A DNA stretch of 64,000 bases, the filler included, from Sanchytrium tribonematis (lineage: Eukaryota), in NCBI GenBank assembly GCA_018985235.1. It is 23 parts of 23 records of this genome, joined end to end, with 100 filler letters (N's around TTAATTAATTAA, not from the genome) between each part and the next. Parts side by side here need not be neighbours in the genome. Positions count along the whole stretch, not along the records: positions 1 to 2,008 come from JADGIG010001145.1; positions 2,109 to 4,114 come from JADGIG010001146.1; positions 4,215 to 6,217 come from JADGIG010001147.1; positions 6,318 to 24,791 come from JADGIG010000113.1; 19 more parts are not named here. One strand, written 5' to 3'. This document shows positions 1 through 11,975 of this stretch, one piece after another. Numbering within the stretch: position 1 is the first letter of the stretch; the number at the start of each line of letters is the position of its first letter. The notes beneath the pieces were generated by a model. That model did not search any database, was not told where the DNA came from, and saw only the letters and a list, made by a program, of their open reading frames with translations. The translations under genes were made by a program, and so were the position numbers.

Positions 1-2008
1 GGTGCGTTGAAAGTCATAGACAGGGAGTCATTAAAAGGAAGTAACTTTGGAACTGTAAATCAAGCCATCAAAGCAGCGCTTTCTGATCTTAACAAATTTG
101 CGAGCGGTAAATCATCCTCCTCTTTTGGGGTGACACATTTTAATTCAACCGTTTATTATGATTGTTCGCTTATGACACCTGAAAACATCTCAGCAATTTC
201 CCCAGATTTGACTAGTTTATTTGCAGGATCCGCTGAATTTGCTCCGACTACCAATGGGATCTTAAGCAAACTCTTTGCAACAAAAACACTCAAATCTTTA
301 TCTCAAATTCATGTGAATTTAATACCAATTCCATCATTAAAAAACAAATCTACAGGTGGCTCTCAGTCTTTGATTTCTAAATTCATTGGTTTTAACAAAG
401 CGATACAAAGTCGATATTCGAGTTGTAAATTTTGGGGACTCTATTACATTAGTCCAATTGATGCAAAGGATTTGAAAAACTACAAATTGTATGAGACTCT
501 CAAAATTAAAAACTCCATCTTGAATGAACCACAGCATGTCTTCAGCAGACAAGAATTTAGTAGCCGTTACTTGGGTGGACAGATTATCAATCCTGACAGC
601 TTGAGCAAATTGCTAGTGGAAAATAGCTTGGAGGCGCATCACATTTATGCTGGAAAGACTTTAATTTTTCTGTCGATGCTCGCCTTCAGAAAGCTTGAAT
701 TTCATGCGAGATTAGTTACCAACATATCTCAACTAGAGGGAACTTCCGAAAATCAAGATGATCTATCTTCAGTTTATAGCAGCGATGATAATGTCTCTCA
801 GTCAAGTGAGAAGTCTGTTACCATGAGTGACAATGGTTTGAGCGATGCCTTTTCTGTTGCAGATGAGACCGTAGTCCAACAAACCACAGAAGAAAGGCCT
901 AAAAAATTAACTGCAACAAGAAAAAGATGGGTATGCTTTTCCAAATCGGTCACATTTTGTTGCCCTAAATTTTGTTTGAATCGATTTATGGAATCAGATG
1001 ATGTCCAGCTTGCTTGGAGAGAGAAAGTCGCTTTGAATATCATCATATTAGTAATTTCGTTGTCAATGCTCTTCTTTATTATTGGATTCGGAATCCTTAT
1101 ATGTCCACCACAAAAAGTTTATACTCCAGAAGAATTGTCTACAAGACAAGGCACTGAGGATGCTTTGATAGGAATGCAGGGAAGAGTATTTGAATTGAAG
1201 GGAATCCCGGGTATTTCCGCTTCCCACGCTGCTGCTACCAAATATGGGTTAGCTACTCAATATGGAGGTCGTGATATCACAATTGACCTATATCCTTTCA
1301 GGAGACCACAATTTTATTGCGACAATGCTAACGTTAAGTCTGGTTTGCAATTATCCATTCCAGGATCTTCGCTGAATTCCAATGGCACCTCATTTAGTAG
1401 TTTGCACAATACATTTAAAGACAATTCTAAAATTGATAAGTTTATTTTTCAAACTGGATCGGTAGTTCGTACTATAGCCTGGGAGGAAAGAAGATTATCA
1501 GAGCTCAAAGATGATCCCGATTTTCCTCGCAGTTTGGTCATTATAAAAGACTCAGTTTATGATATCTCGGGTTTTATATCTCATACAAATGACAAAAGCT
1601 TTCAGTTTCTAGATGATTATGCTACAGGCATTACTGCAATGCTAGTCAAAAGTGCAGGAACTCGTTTGGATGATAATAGCGCGTTTATGAAAGTGTGGAA
1701 TTCCAGAGCGGATCTGCGTAAATGTTTCAATGGGATATTTTATGTTGGCATTGTGGATCAAAGAAACAGTGTCCAATGCCAGATAAGCAATTATTTACTG
1801 CTCAGTACCTCGGCATTCATGGTCATTATCATTTTATTTAAATTTATAGCTGCTTTGAGAATTGTTGGAATGTCAAATCCCGAAGGTCTTGAAAAATACG
1901 TTATAATTCAGGTTCCTTGTTACACAGAAAGCATACAATCCTTAAGAAAAACTATTGATAGTATAACATTGATGGATTATGACGACAAGAGAAAGTTGAT
2001 GTTTATAA
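1..2008 (+). CDS. Chitin synthase, class V/VII type (degenerate myosin-motor-like region, cytochrome b5-like region, start of catalytic domain); partial at both ends
   Basis: Division-2 CHS motifs RKRWV...AWREKVAL...ICP and IQVPCYTES..SLRKTIDS..YDDKRKLMFI; myosin-like remnant FGVTHFNSTVYY..ISPDLTSLF. Confidence 0.85.
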
Positions 2009-2108
2009 NNNNNNNNNNNNNNNNNNNNNNNNNNNNNNNNNNNNNNNNNNNNTTAATTAATTAANNNNNNNNNNNNNNNNNNNNNNNNNNNNNNNNNNNN
2101 NNNNNNNN
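2009..2108. other. Artificial contig linker (N-run, TTAATTAATTAA, N-run); recurs about 22 times
   Basis: Identical 100-nt spacer with stops in all six frames. Confidence 0.99.
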
Positions 2109-4114
2109 TGGACCTTCAAGTCTACATTTCCAACAGCCTTGTCTTCGTCCTCCACTATTTTTGTTCCTTCTGAATTTGATAAATCGAGACTCATCTTTGA
2201 ATATTGAGGTTTTGGGTCTTTAAAGGTTTCATTGTGATTCAATACTTCTTGACTAAGAAAATTTGAGACTTGATCCAAAGTTCCTGTGGCTAAGACCTTA
2301 CCATCCTCTATAACAATAATATTGTCAGCATATGGCAAAGTCAAACTAGCCGCATGAGTTACGAGTATTCTCGTCTTGCCCTTTAAATGTTCTAAGATAC
2401 AGTGATGGTATATTTTCTTTTGTGTCACTGCATCCACAGCACTCAATATGTCGTCAAAAATAAAAGTATCAAGATCTGAATAGATACTACGTGCGAGACT
2501 AAGTCTCTGTTTTTGCCCTCCACTTAAATTAACACCCGCTTCGCCGACTTCAGTTAAATCATTTCCAGGTAGAATTTCCAAATCTTTAATCAGACAACAG
2601 TCGTGAATCACACTTAAATATTCCGATTCTTTAAATTCTTTTCCAAACATGATGTTTTGCCGGATTGTCGCATGTTGTAGCCAGGACGATTGAGGCACAA
2701 ATCCAACAGGTAGTTTTTGTCCATCCCTACCCGGGACCATCATTGATCCTTTTATCAGAGACATTTCCTGTAATAAGGCATTAATAAAACTGCTTTTCCC
2801 TGCAGAAGTTGGACCAACAATCACGGTGAGCTTATTTAATGGAATTTCTAAATTTAAATTTTCTAATTTAAATGAGCCTGGAAAATATTCTAGCGTAGCA
2901 TCTACAAATTTAATTCGTGGCCCATATTGAATAGATTTACTATTCTGCCTTTCTAATTTAATAAATTCATGAATTCTTTCAATACTTACCTTAGTTTCAA
3001 AGTATTTGATTATTTGATCAGGTAAGTCTCGGAGTGGGTGTCTTAAAATCTGCAATAAACTTAAGGTTGTAAATACATTCGAAGGGGTCAATTCACCATT
3101 AAATACTTTGGTATATGTAGAAAATATTATCACCGGGATAAGAATCGGTATTGTCATATAAATAATGTCCATAACTGCCATTATAAATCTAAATTTTTTG
3201 AGATAGTGCAATTCTTCTAATCTTGTTTTCCCTATTCTAGTCTCAAATCGCTGCTCCCAAGCAAAATATTTGATAATTCTGATTCCTTGCAACATTTCGT
3301 TAAGCAAATTTATCCTTTCATCAGTTTTGCCTAATAGTAATTTTTGATATTTTTGCATAATTTTGGCCAGATATTTTTGAATTGGAAGAATAATTATCAT
3401 TAAAAGTACACCTACGAGAGCGGATACACCTAGCACTGTATATAGAGCTAAAGAGCAAATTATAATTTGTAGTGGTGTGGTTAGCAAATAATGCATGTAA
3501 CAAACATATTCTAGTACTTTTTGAGTGTCAACGGCCATCAAATTCACTATTTGACCGTGCGTAGAATCACTTTCTGATAACGAGCTAAATTTCTTCTGCA
3601 AGGACCTGCTATAAATCTCACTTATTAATATCGCACGAACCCTAGTTCCTATCCTTCTGCCAAGATAATAAGCACGGCCATGTAATAGAGAATTGATAAA
3701 AGAACCAGTTGTCATAAATAGTAATACTAAAAATAAATGAATGAAAGATTCGTGGAGATGATTTAACAGATACTGAAGACACAATGGGTTGATCAAAGTC
3801 AAAAAGGCCGATATGAGCCCAACAAGTAGTTGCTGGTACAACAATGGCTTGATTATATATAATATTTTGTAGACAACGTGTCTATCTCCTTTAAAATTAA
3901 CAAATAATTGGTGGTTGAACTCAGCCTTGTCAGCCTCAACCAGATCCCAGATGTCGTGCATTTCGAGTGGCTTATTATAGCCCAAACGCATGATAGGCAT
4001 GAAGTAGCTAAAAGTCCATCGCTCATACCAAGATGCTTGAGTCTCTAATGATTTAAAAGCGTCATCATAAATTAACATAAAATTTTTGGCCTGTTTATTT
4101 TGTTTCGATAAATA
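2109..4114 (-). CDS. ABCC/MRP-family ABC transporter (TMD1 + NBD1), partial
   Basis: Walker A GPTSAGKS, signature LSGGQKQR, FIFDDILSAVD, ILVTH; MRP-type TFSYFMPIMRLGYNKPLEMHDIWDL; frame open to both contig ends. Confidence 0.9.
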
Positions 4115-4534
4115 NNNNNNNNNNNNNNNNNNNNNNNNNNNNNNNNNNNNNNNNNNNNTTAATTAATTAANNNNNNNNNNNNNNNNNNNNNNNNNNNNNN
4201 NNNNNNNNNNNNNNTGTTTTCGGTAAATTTATCATGACTTTAAGCGATTTTGACATGAAAACAGTAAGAAGGAGCAATCAATTGTGTTAGGGTAATTTAC
4301 TCGGATACAATTGTAAATTATATTAAGAGACTCAAAAGCACAATTGTATGAATTTTGGATTAAATTACTTCAAATCATTTGTTTGGTCAATTTTTTTTAT
4401 AAAGATTTTGCGAGAGATTTCCATACGATTTCCAATTAGACCAATTTTTTTATTAGCGACACTATCAAATCAAAATTTGCTGCCTTTGAAAAATACAAAA
4501 TATTTCGAGGTCTTTTGAGCGGTTTGTCAACAGA

Positions 4535-5875
4535 TCAATTCAAAGGTTCTCCCATGGATGTGATAAAACTTTCAACGGATTTTTTTGCAACAATAGATGA
4601 CTGTGTCATTCCTACTCCAGTGTAATCCTGACTTATTAAAGAAATCTTCTTTTCAAACTTTTTTGTTAGAATTTCGGCTTTTTCCAATGACTGTGCGTAA
4701 GTTTTTGTTGGAAAATAGGGTATGCATTTTCTTTGCAATTTATATTCATAGTGAAGCAAAGGATAGTCTTGCTTTAATATGAGGTCTTTCATGAGTTTTT
4801 TGCATTGAAGTATAATTTCTTTTGTGTTGGCCTCCTTAAAATTATGACCACCCAACATCAACGTAAATTGAGTCCCTATCCCCTTTCTTATTTGGGAGTC
4901 AAATATAACGCCCAACAGATTTTGATATTTTAAGTTTGATTTCATTTCAGATTTAGTGTTCAGAATGCCAAAACCAGCCTTGTAATTTACCTCTTTGGGA
5001 TAAAATAAATTCGTGACATGGATTGACTGCTTCGGTATGATATCGATACCGGAAAACATGCCATCGCAGCTGGATGTCCAAAATACATGATCAAATCCGA
5101 CGTGATTATCAATATCGATGGAATTATTTTTCAAATTTACGCTTTTCAATTCAGAATTGAAAATAAATTGAGATTTGTTTTTCAAATAGGCATATAACGC
5201 GTCAGTGATTGTTTGCATACCATTTTTAAAAGTCCAGACAGATGCGCAGCTAATTTGCCGCCATAAATCCATATTTTGAGCATTTGCAGGTGAGAATGAT
5301 TGTGAGCGAAATAATCCCAATAGTAAATTCCCATTTCCGTTTTCGATAAATTGCATGATTTGTGGGAAGTGGTGCCTCATCGACATCAATTCATTATTAC
5401 TAGCATAGATTCCGTGACAAAGAGCACTTGATAAATCTGCAAAATTCGGTCCAAAATTGTTAACAAAAAACGATTCGACACTGTCGTTTGGCAACATCTT
5501 ATGTTTGCGCCTTGACGCAAAAAAGAGTAGCTCCTTCCAATAAGAAGGATTTAAAAGTTGAATTTTTTGGATTTTGCCATTTTTCAAAATATATCGATTT
5601 TTGGATGCTGGATGGGATTTTGAAATTGTTAAAATATCGTTCTGAATACCGAGATCATTACACATCATTGCAATATTGTAGGAGCCTTCACCGCTAGATC
5701 GAATGGTTCTTGCACCAAATTCTGCAATTCCATATTTTGTTCTTTTAGATTGAATCCATCCACCTACTCTATCAGACTTTTCGAAAAATATCAAATTACA
5801 GCCTGGTAATAGCTTTTTTAGATAATATCCGACGCTTAGACCTCTAAATCCTGCACCCACAATTGCAATTCGCAT
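4535..5875 (-). CDS. HEM14: Protoporphyrinogen oxidase
   Basis: FAD motif RIAIVGAGFRGL, EKSDRVGGWIQS, EFGARTIR, GFGIL, LLGVIFDS, FTLMLGG. Confidence 0.85.
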   Translation of the reverse strand: MRIAIVGAGFRGLSVGYYLKKLLPGCNLIFFEKSDRVGGWIQSKRTKYGIAEFGARTIRSSGEGSYNIAMMCNDLGIQNDILTISKSHPASKNRYILKNGKIQKIQLLNPSYWKELLFFASRRKHKMLPNDSVESFFVNNFGPNFADLSSALCHGIYASNNELMSMRHHFPQIMQFIENGNGNLLLGLFRSQSFSPANAQNMDLWRQISCASVWTFKNGMQTITDALYAYLKNKSQFIFNSELKSVNLKNNSIDIDNHVGFDHVFWTSSCDGMFSGIDIIPKQSIHVTNLFYPKEVNYKAGFGILNTKSEMKSNLKYQNLLGVIFDSQIRKGIGTQFTLMLGGHNFKEANTKEIILQCKKLMKDLILKQDYPLLHYEYKLQRKCIPYFPTKTYAQSLEKAEILTKKFEKKISLISQDYTGVGMTQSSIVAKKSVESFITSMGEPLN

Positions 5876-5964
5876 AAATATTCAAGGGGATAAACATTAT
5901 TTTCAGGGCTTGTTTTCGAATGTTTTCAGGCAAGGCCTATTGAATTCAAGCGCCCTCTACTCAC

Positions 5965-6217
5965 ATGAATCCAGTAACTGAAATGAAAAAGATAACAGAA
6001 TATGCAAACTCAGTGATGACTACTAAGATTGACACACCATCTCATCAATTTACTATTAATTATATAAATTTTGCAAGAAATTTTAATGCACCAAGTTCAG
6101 TTCACTATCACAAGCTTGCTGGAAATTTGCTCAATGTCAAGCATATTGTTATATGTGGTTCGCCTGGGTATATTGAAATAGAATCAACATATTCCATTTT
6201 TGAGTTGACTGGATTTA
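5965..6217 (+). CDS. Hypothetical protein, 3'-partial
   Basis: ATG-started ORF divergent from HEM14, open to the contig end; no recognised domain. Confidence 0.35.
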
Positions 6218-6317
6218 NNNNNNNNNNNNNNNNNNNNNNNNNNNNNNNNNNNNNNNNNNNNTTAATTAATTAANNNNNNNNNNNNNNNNNNNNNNNNNNN
6301 NNNNNNNNNNNNNNNNN

Positions 6318-6867
6318 GCCAAAATCAGACAAGGATATTATAAGATCAGTTTCAATTAAGTATAAAGCTTCCGTGAATATCGAGAAAAAATTCACAGAAT
6401 TCAAAGAAAAATATCTTGAAAAGTTGCCAAAAGATCAGAGACATTCTCAGAATCTGGAATTACTTGCTATTATTGTATTATATAAAATTGTGAGTAAAAA
6501 TAGTCAAGTTTCGAAGGCGAAATACACTAAGGATTTTAAGATCGCAGTGTTTGATAAGCTTTGTGTAGAGTATGATAATTTAATGGCCGTGCGGCAAAAG
6601 AATGACAATCTTCCCTCGCCTAAAATACTCGAAGTAACATCGCCAAACGTCCAAAATTCTATATCTAATACAAGCACACCCCGAAGAAGTACGAGAGCAA
6701 AGGCATTAAGTACGCCATCAAAAAGAAGTTTGAGTCCAGTGAATGAAACTCCTAAAAAACGGCCCAAAAAAGTTTATTTGGCTGACTATCCATATCCTAC
6801 TATGTTCAGGCTAATACCTTTTGACTTGACTGCAAGCTATTTGAAAATATGCAACATTTTGAAATAA
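6318..6867 (+). CDS. Probable origin recognition complex subunit 6, C-terminal part
   Basis: FKEKYLEKLP...AVFDKLC resembles Orc6 (human YESSLP...AIFDRLC); S/T-P-rich basic tail; 5'-partial. Confidence 0.45.
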
Positions 6868-6903
6868 ATATACGTAGATATCTAGGAGAATTGTTGTAAC
6901 ATC

Positions 6904-9900
6904 ATGACTGTTCCTTTGACAGTTCAGTTTGGCGTGTTTTCTGCTACGGAAACACAAAAAACATCTGTTCAAGAAATTACACACCCGCAAACTATGGATA
7001 ATAATCAATATCAGGTCAAAGGCTTGCTAGACCCATATCTTGGTACAATAGATAAGACAGCACAATGTATGACATGTCAATCAACTATGACTAATTGCGT
7101 CGGACATTTCGGCCATATCAATTTACATCAACCCGTTTATCACGTTGGATTTTTAACTCATGTTAAAAAGGTACTAGAATGTGTTTGTTATTATTGTTCA
7201 AAATTAAAATGCAAGGAGATTCTTGGTGTCACAGACAAGATTCAATCTTTGCCTAAAACTTTAAAAAGCAATAAACATAGATTTAAAAAATGTCATGAAT
7301 TATTAAAAAGCAAAACAATGTGCGAGCACTGTGAAAGAAAGCAACCAGTGTACAGAAAAGATGGTTTAAACCTTCAAACTTGGTTTAAACAAGCAGATCA
7401 AGAAAAAACTCAACTCACTGCCCAGCATGTGGTTGGAATTCTGAGCAAGCTATCTGATTTAGATTGTTATTTATTGGGTATGAACCCTAGATACTCTAGG
7501 CCCGAAAATTTGATTATAACCAGTTTGCCATGTCCACCGCCTCAAGTTAGACCTTCCATCACAATGGATATGGGCAGAGGAGAAGACGATTTGACTCACA
7601 AATTGGCAGACATAATTAAAGCGAACGACAATTTAAAAAAGTGTGAATCAGAGGGAGCTCCGAATCACGTTGTGTCCGAATTTGTTCAACTATTACAATA
7701 CCATGTTGCAACTTATATGGATAACGATATTTCGGGACAACCTCAGGCTTTACAAAAATCTGGAAGACCTCTAAAAAGTATTCGTGCCAGATTAAAGGGC
7801 AAAGAAGGAAGACTAAGAGGGAACTTGATGGGAAAACGAGTGGATTTTAGTGCTAGAACTGTCATTACTGGAGATCCGAATCTTAGTATAGACGAGGTCG
7901 GAGTGCCACTCAGTATTGCGAAAAATTTGACTTTTCCTGAAATGGTCATGTCTTACAATATTGATAAATTACAAGATCTAGTAAGACGAGGTCCGCATCA
8001 ACATCCTGGCGCTTGCTATGTTATAAAAGATACCGGTGAAAGAATTGATTTAAGATATACTCGTAATTCTGGCGACATAATTCTTCAGTATGGCTTTATT
8101 GTTGAAAGACATTTATGTGATGGTGATATTATTATATTTAATAGGCAACCCTCTCTTCATAAAATGTCCATGATGGGCCATAAAGTCCGAGTAATGCCAG
8201 CTGGAAGTACCTTTAGATTGAACTTAAGTGTGACTTCGCCATATAATGCTGATTTCGACGGGGACGAGATGAATATGCACGTACCTCAATCTCTCGGTGC
8301 AAGAGCTGAAATTCAAGAACTTTGCATGGTTCCTAAACAAATTATTACGCCTCAAAGTAATAGGCCTGTCATGGGAATTGTTCAAGATACTCTTTGTGGT
8401 GTGCGAAAGTTTACCCTTAGAGATACGTTCATGGACGAGGCATTTGTACACAACATTATGATGTGGGTTCCAGAATGGAATGGTGATATTCCAAACCCAG
8501 CCATTTTGAAACCTAAAAAATTATGGACTGGTAAGCAAATTTTAGAGTTAATTATACCAAAGCAGATCAATCTCGTCACTTTTCATTCTCAGCATCCTGA
8601 TGATGAGAAGACAGAGATGAGTGTGGGCGATACCAAAGTAGTCATTCAAAATGGTGCTTTGTTAAGTGGAATTGTATGCAAGAAAACTGTGGGAACAAGC
8701 GCTGGAGGTTTAATCCACGTTATCGTAAATGAATGTGGACCTGATCAAGCAAAACTTTTTCTAAATGGCTGCCAGACGATTGTGAATTATTGGCTTTTAC
8801 ACCATAGTTTTAGCATTGGAATTGGTGACACAATTGCTGATAGAACCACCATGGAAGCAATTAATGACCAAATTCGTAAAAGCAAAGAAACTGTGGATGA
8901 AATTATTAAAGATGCGCAACTTGGGATCTTAACGCAAAAACCTGGTATGACCTTGAGAGAATCCTTTGAGGCCGATGTCAACAAAGAATTAAATCAATGT
9001 CGTGATCTTACAGGCAAGAGTGCTCAAGGTGCGCTTAAAGATCATAATAATGTCAAGCAGATGGTTGTTGCAGGTTCTAAGGGGTCTTTTATAAATATTT
9101 CACAAATGAGTGCTGTTGTGGGGCAACAGAATGTCGAGGGTAAAAGAATTTCTTTTGGATTTCGATATCGTGCGCTACCTCATTTCACAAAAGATGATAA
9201 TAGTCCTGATGCAAGAGGTTTCGTTGAAAATAGTTATCTTAGAGGTGTAACTGCATCCGAGTTTTTTTTCCACGCAATGGGTGGAAGGGAAGGTCTCATT
9301 GATACAGCTGTCAAAACAGCAGAAACTGGATACATTCAGCGACGTCTTGTCAAAGCACTAGAGGATGTCATGGTGAAAAATGATGGCACTGTTAGAAATT
9401 CTATAGGTGACATTATTGAATTTTGCTACGGAGAGGATGGTCTAGACGCTTTAAAAGTTGAAAAGCAAAGCATTGACATCATCAGGCAATCTGACTTGCA
9501 ATTTGAAGCCAAGTACCGGATAGAGCCAAAAATGCCGCTATTTAAAGGTTATGACGTTAATACTGCCCAAGAGCTTCTTGGTAATGTAGAATTCCATACA
9601 GCCATCAAAAATGAATTTGAGCAGATACAGAAAGACCGAAAATTCCTGCGCGAGTACTTATTTAAAAATGGAGCTGCAAATTGGCCTCTACCCGTTCATA
9701 TCCGAAGATTGATCTGGAATGCCAGACAAACTTTTTCTATTGACGATCGTGTTCTTAGCAAATTATCTCCTTTGACAATTATTGAAAGTGTCAAAAGCCT
9801 TGAACAAGAAGTTATTGTAATTCGCGGGAATGACCCTATAAGTAAAGAAGCCCAAGAGAATGCAACTACTCTGTTTAGAATAATGTTAAGGAGCTATTTA

Positions 9901-11933
9901 GCAAGTAAGAGAGTTATTGAAGAGTACCGTCTGGATGATAAGGCCTTTTGTACATCTTTATTAATTTAGCTTGGTTGATAGGTGAAATTAAAGAACGATT
10001 TTTGAGATCGCTTGTTGATCCTGGAGAAATGATAGGAACAGTGGCAGCACAATCAATTGGAGAGCCTGCCACTCAAATGACTCTTAATACATTTCATTTT
10101 GCGGGTGTGTCCAGTAAGAATGTGACCTTGGGTGTTCCCAGACTCAAAGAAATCATCAATGTTGCTAAAAACATAAAGACGCCCTCCATGACAATTTATC
10201 TCAATGAGGAGTATAGGAAATCTAAAGAAAGTGCGAAACAGATTTTGGTTCAAATTGAGCATTGCCCTATGAGAAAAGTCGTTACAAAAACCGAAATTCA
10301 TTATGACCCTGATCCACTCCAAACTAGCATTGAAGAAGACAAAGATTTCGTTGAAGCTTTTTTCGAACTTGAAGATGCTAGTTTTGTCAATGTGTCTCCT
10401 TGGTTATTAAGATTAGGTCTGAGTAGAAGCGTATTGATTGACAAAGGGTTGAGTGTTAGTGAAATTGTCAGAATGATTAAAAATACATTTGTGGATGAAC
10501 TGCTGGTTATAGGTAGTGATGACAATGCTGAACATCCAGTGCTAAGAATCAGAATCATGAAATCGGATGGTGCTGATATCAACGAAAGTGATTTAAGAGA
10601 CTTGGAAACAAATCTATTAAATATGGTGGATTTGCGTGGTGTTAAAGGGGTAAACAAAGTTTTCTTAGCTCGCAAGAAAGATTCGCATTTAAATATTGAT
10701 GGTGAATTTAGAGACATTGAAGAATGGGCATTGGACACTGATGGAACAAATCTGAAAAATGTCATGACTAATCCAAATGTCGATTTCACAAGAACTTATT
10801 CAAACTACTGTATTGAAATAATGGAAGTCTTGGGGGTTGAAGCCACTAGAGCTGCCTTATTAAAGGAACTGCGAAATGTTATTGAATTTGACGGTAGTTA
10901 TGTTAATTACAGACATTTAACATTATTGGTAGATGTCATGACAGCTAAAGGATCTATAATGGCAATCACAAGACATGGTATAAATCGGAGTGACAGCGGT
11001 GCTCTTATGAGATGCTCCTTTGAAGAAACCGTAGAAATTTTGTTAGAAGCTGCTGCTTTTGGAGATACAGATGCTTGTTACGGTATATCTGAAAATATCA
11101 TACTAGGTCAACTCGCTCCTTTAGGAACTGGAAGTTTTGACGTATTGCTTGACGAGAAAACTTTAGACGAACGATTTAGTGGTATGCAAACTGGGGCCTC
11201 CACGCCTTATATGCAAGGTTTTTTTTCAAGTGCTCAAACACCAAATGTTGGTATGTTTGGGTACATGGGTTCTCAGACACCATTTCTAGGAGGTTCAGTG
11301 ACCCCAAAAGCACTCGATATCAATTTTGTTCCAAATGATTCGCAATTTTCTCCTATAAACGACAATCCGACTGCATTGTCACCTAGATACTCTGGTGTTC
11401 AAAGTCCGTTCCAATCTGGTGCTATGTCTCCATTTTCACCTAAACATTCCATGTCTCCTGGACATTCCATGAGTCCTGCTTATAACTATTCACCTGGTTA
11501 TGCTCCCAGCTCCCCCGGCTATGGCGCATACAGTCCCTCTAGTCCGGGTTACACACCTAATAGTCCAGGATTTAGCCCGACCAGCCCAGCATATTCTCCA
11601 ACTAGTCCTAGCTATAGTCCAACTAGCCCAAGCTACTCGCCTACATCCCCAAGTTACAGTCCAACATCTCCTAGTTATAGTCCAACAAGCCCAAGTTATT
11701 CTCCCACATCTCCTAGTTATAGTCCAACGTCTCCTAATTACTCGCCGACTAGCCCTCAATATTCACCTACTAGTCCACAATATTCACCAACTAGTCCTCA
11801 GTATTCACCAACTAGTCCTCAATACTCACCTACCAGTCCGCAATATTCACCAACTAGCCCTCAATATTCTCCTGCTAGTCCACAATACAGCCCTGCTAGC
11901 CCTTCGTATGATGACCAAAAGAAGACAGAATAA
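6904..11933 (+). CDS. RPB1: RNA polymerase II largest subunit; join(6904..9949,9970..11933), about 1669 aa
   Basis: [30 protein letters not shown], heptad CTD; two ORFs joined by a 20-nt intron giving KAFSWLIGEI. Confidence 0.98.
9950..9969 (+). other. 20-nt spliceosomal intron in RPB1 (GTACATCTTTATTAATTTAG)
   Basis: GT..AG; removal removes a stop and joins the two RPB1 ORFs in frame. Confidence 0.92.
11571..11906 (+). repeat. RPB1 CTD heptad array: FSPTSPA, 6x [14 protein letters not shown], 6x [21 protein letters not shown]
   Basis: 21-nt coding tandem repeat read directly. Confidence 0.95.
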
Positions 11934-11975
11934 AACTTTGAACGAAAATAAAATTATGAATTTCTGTATTTATTT

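Noticed and set aside
9940..9975. Split RPB1, SF3B1, delta-COP and UBR1 as pseudogenes, programmed frameshifts or stop-codon reassignment
   Set aside because: Every break has a GT..TWATKTAG segment whose removal restores a colinear protein, and TAA/TAG/TGA end genes normally.
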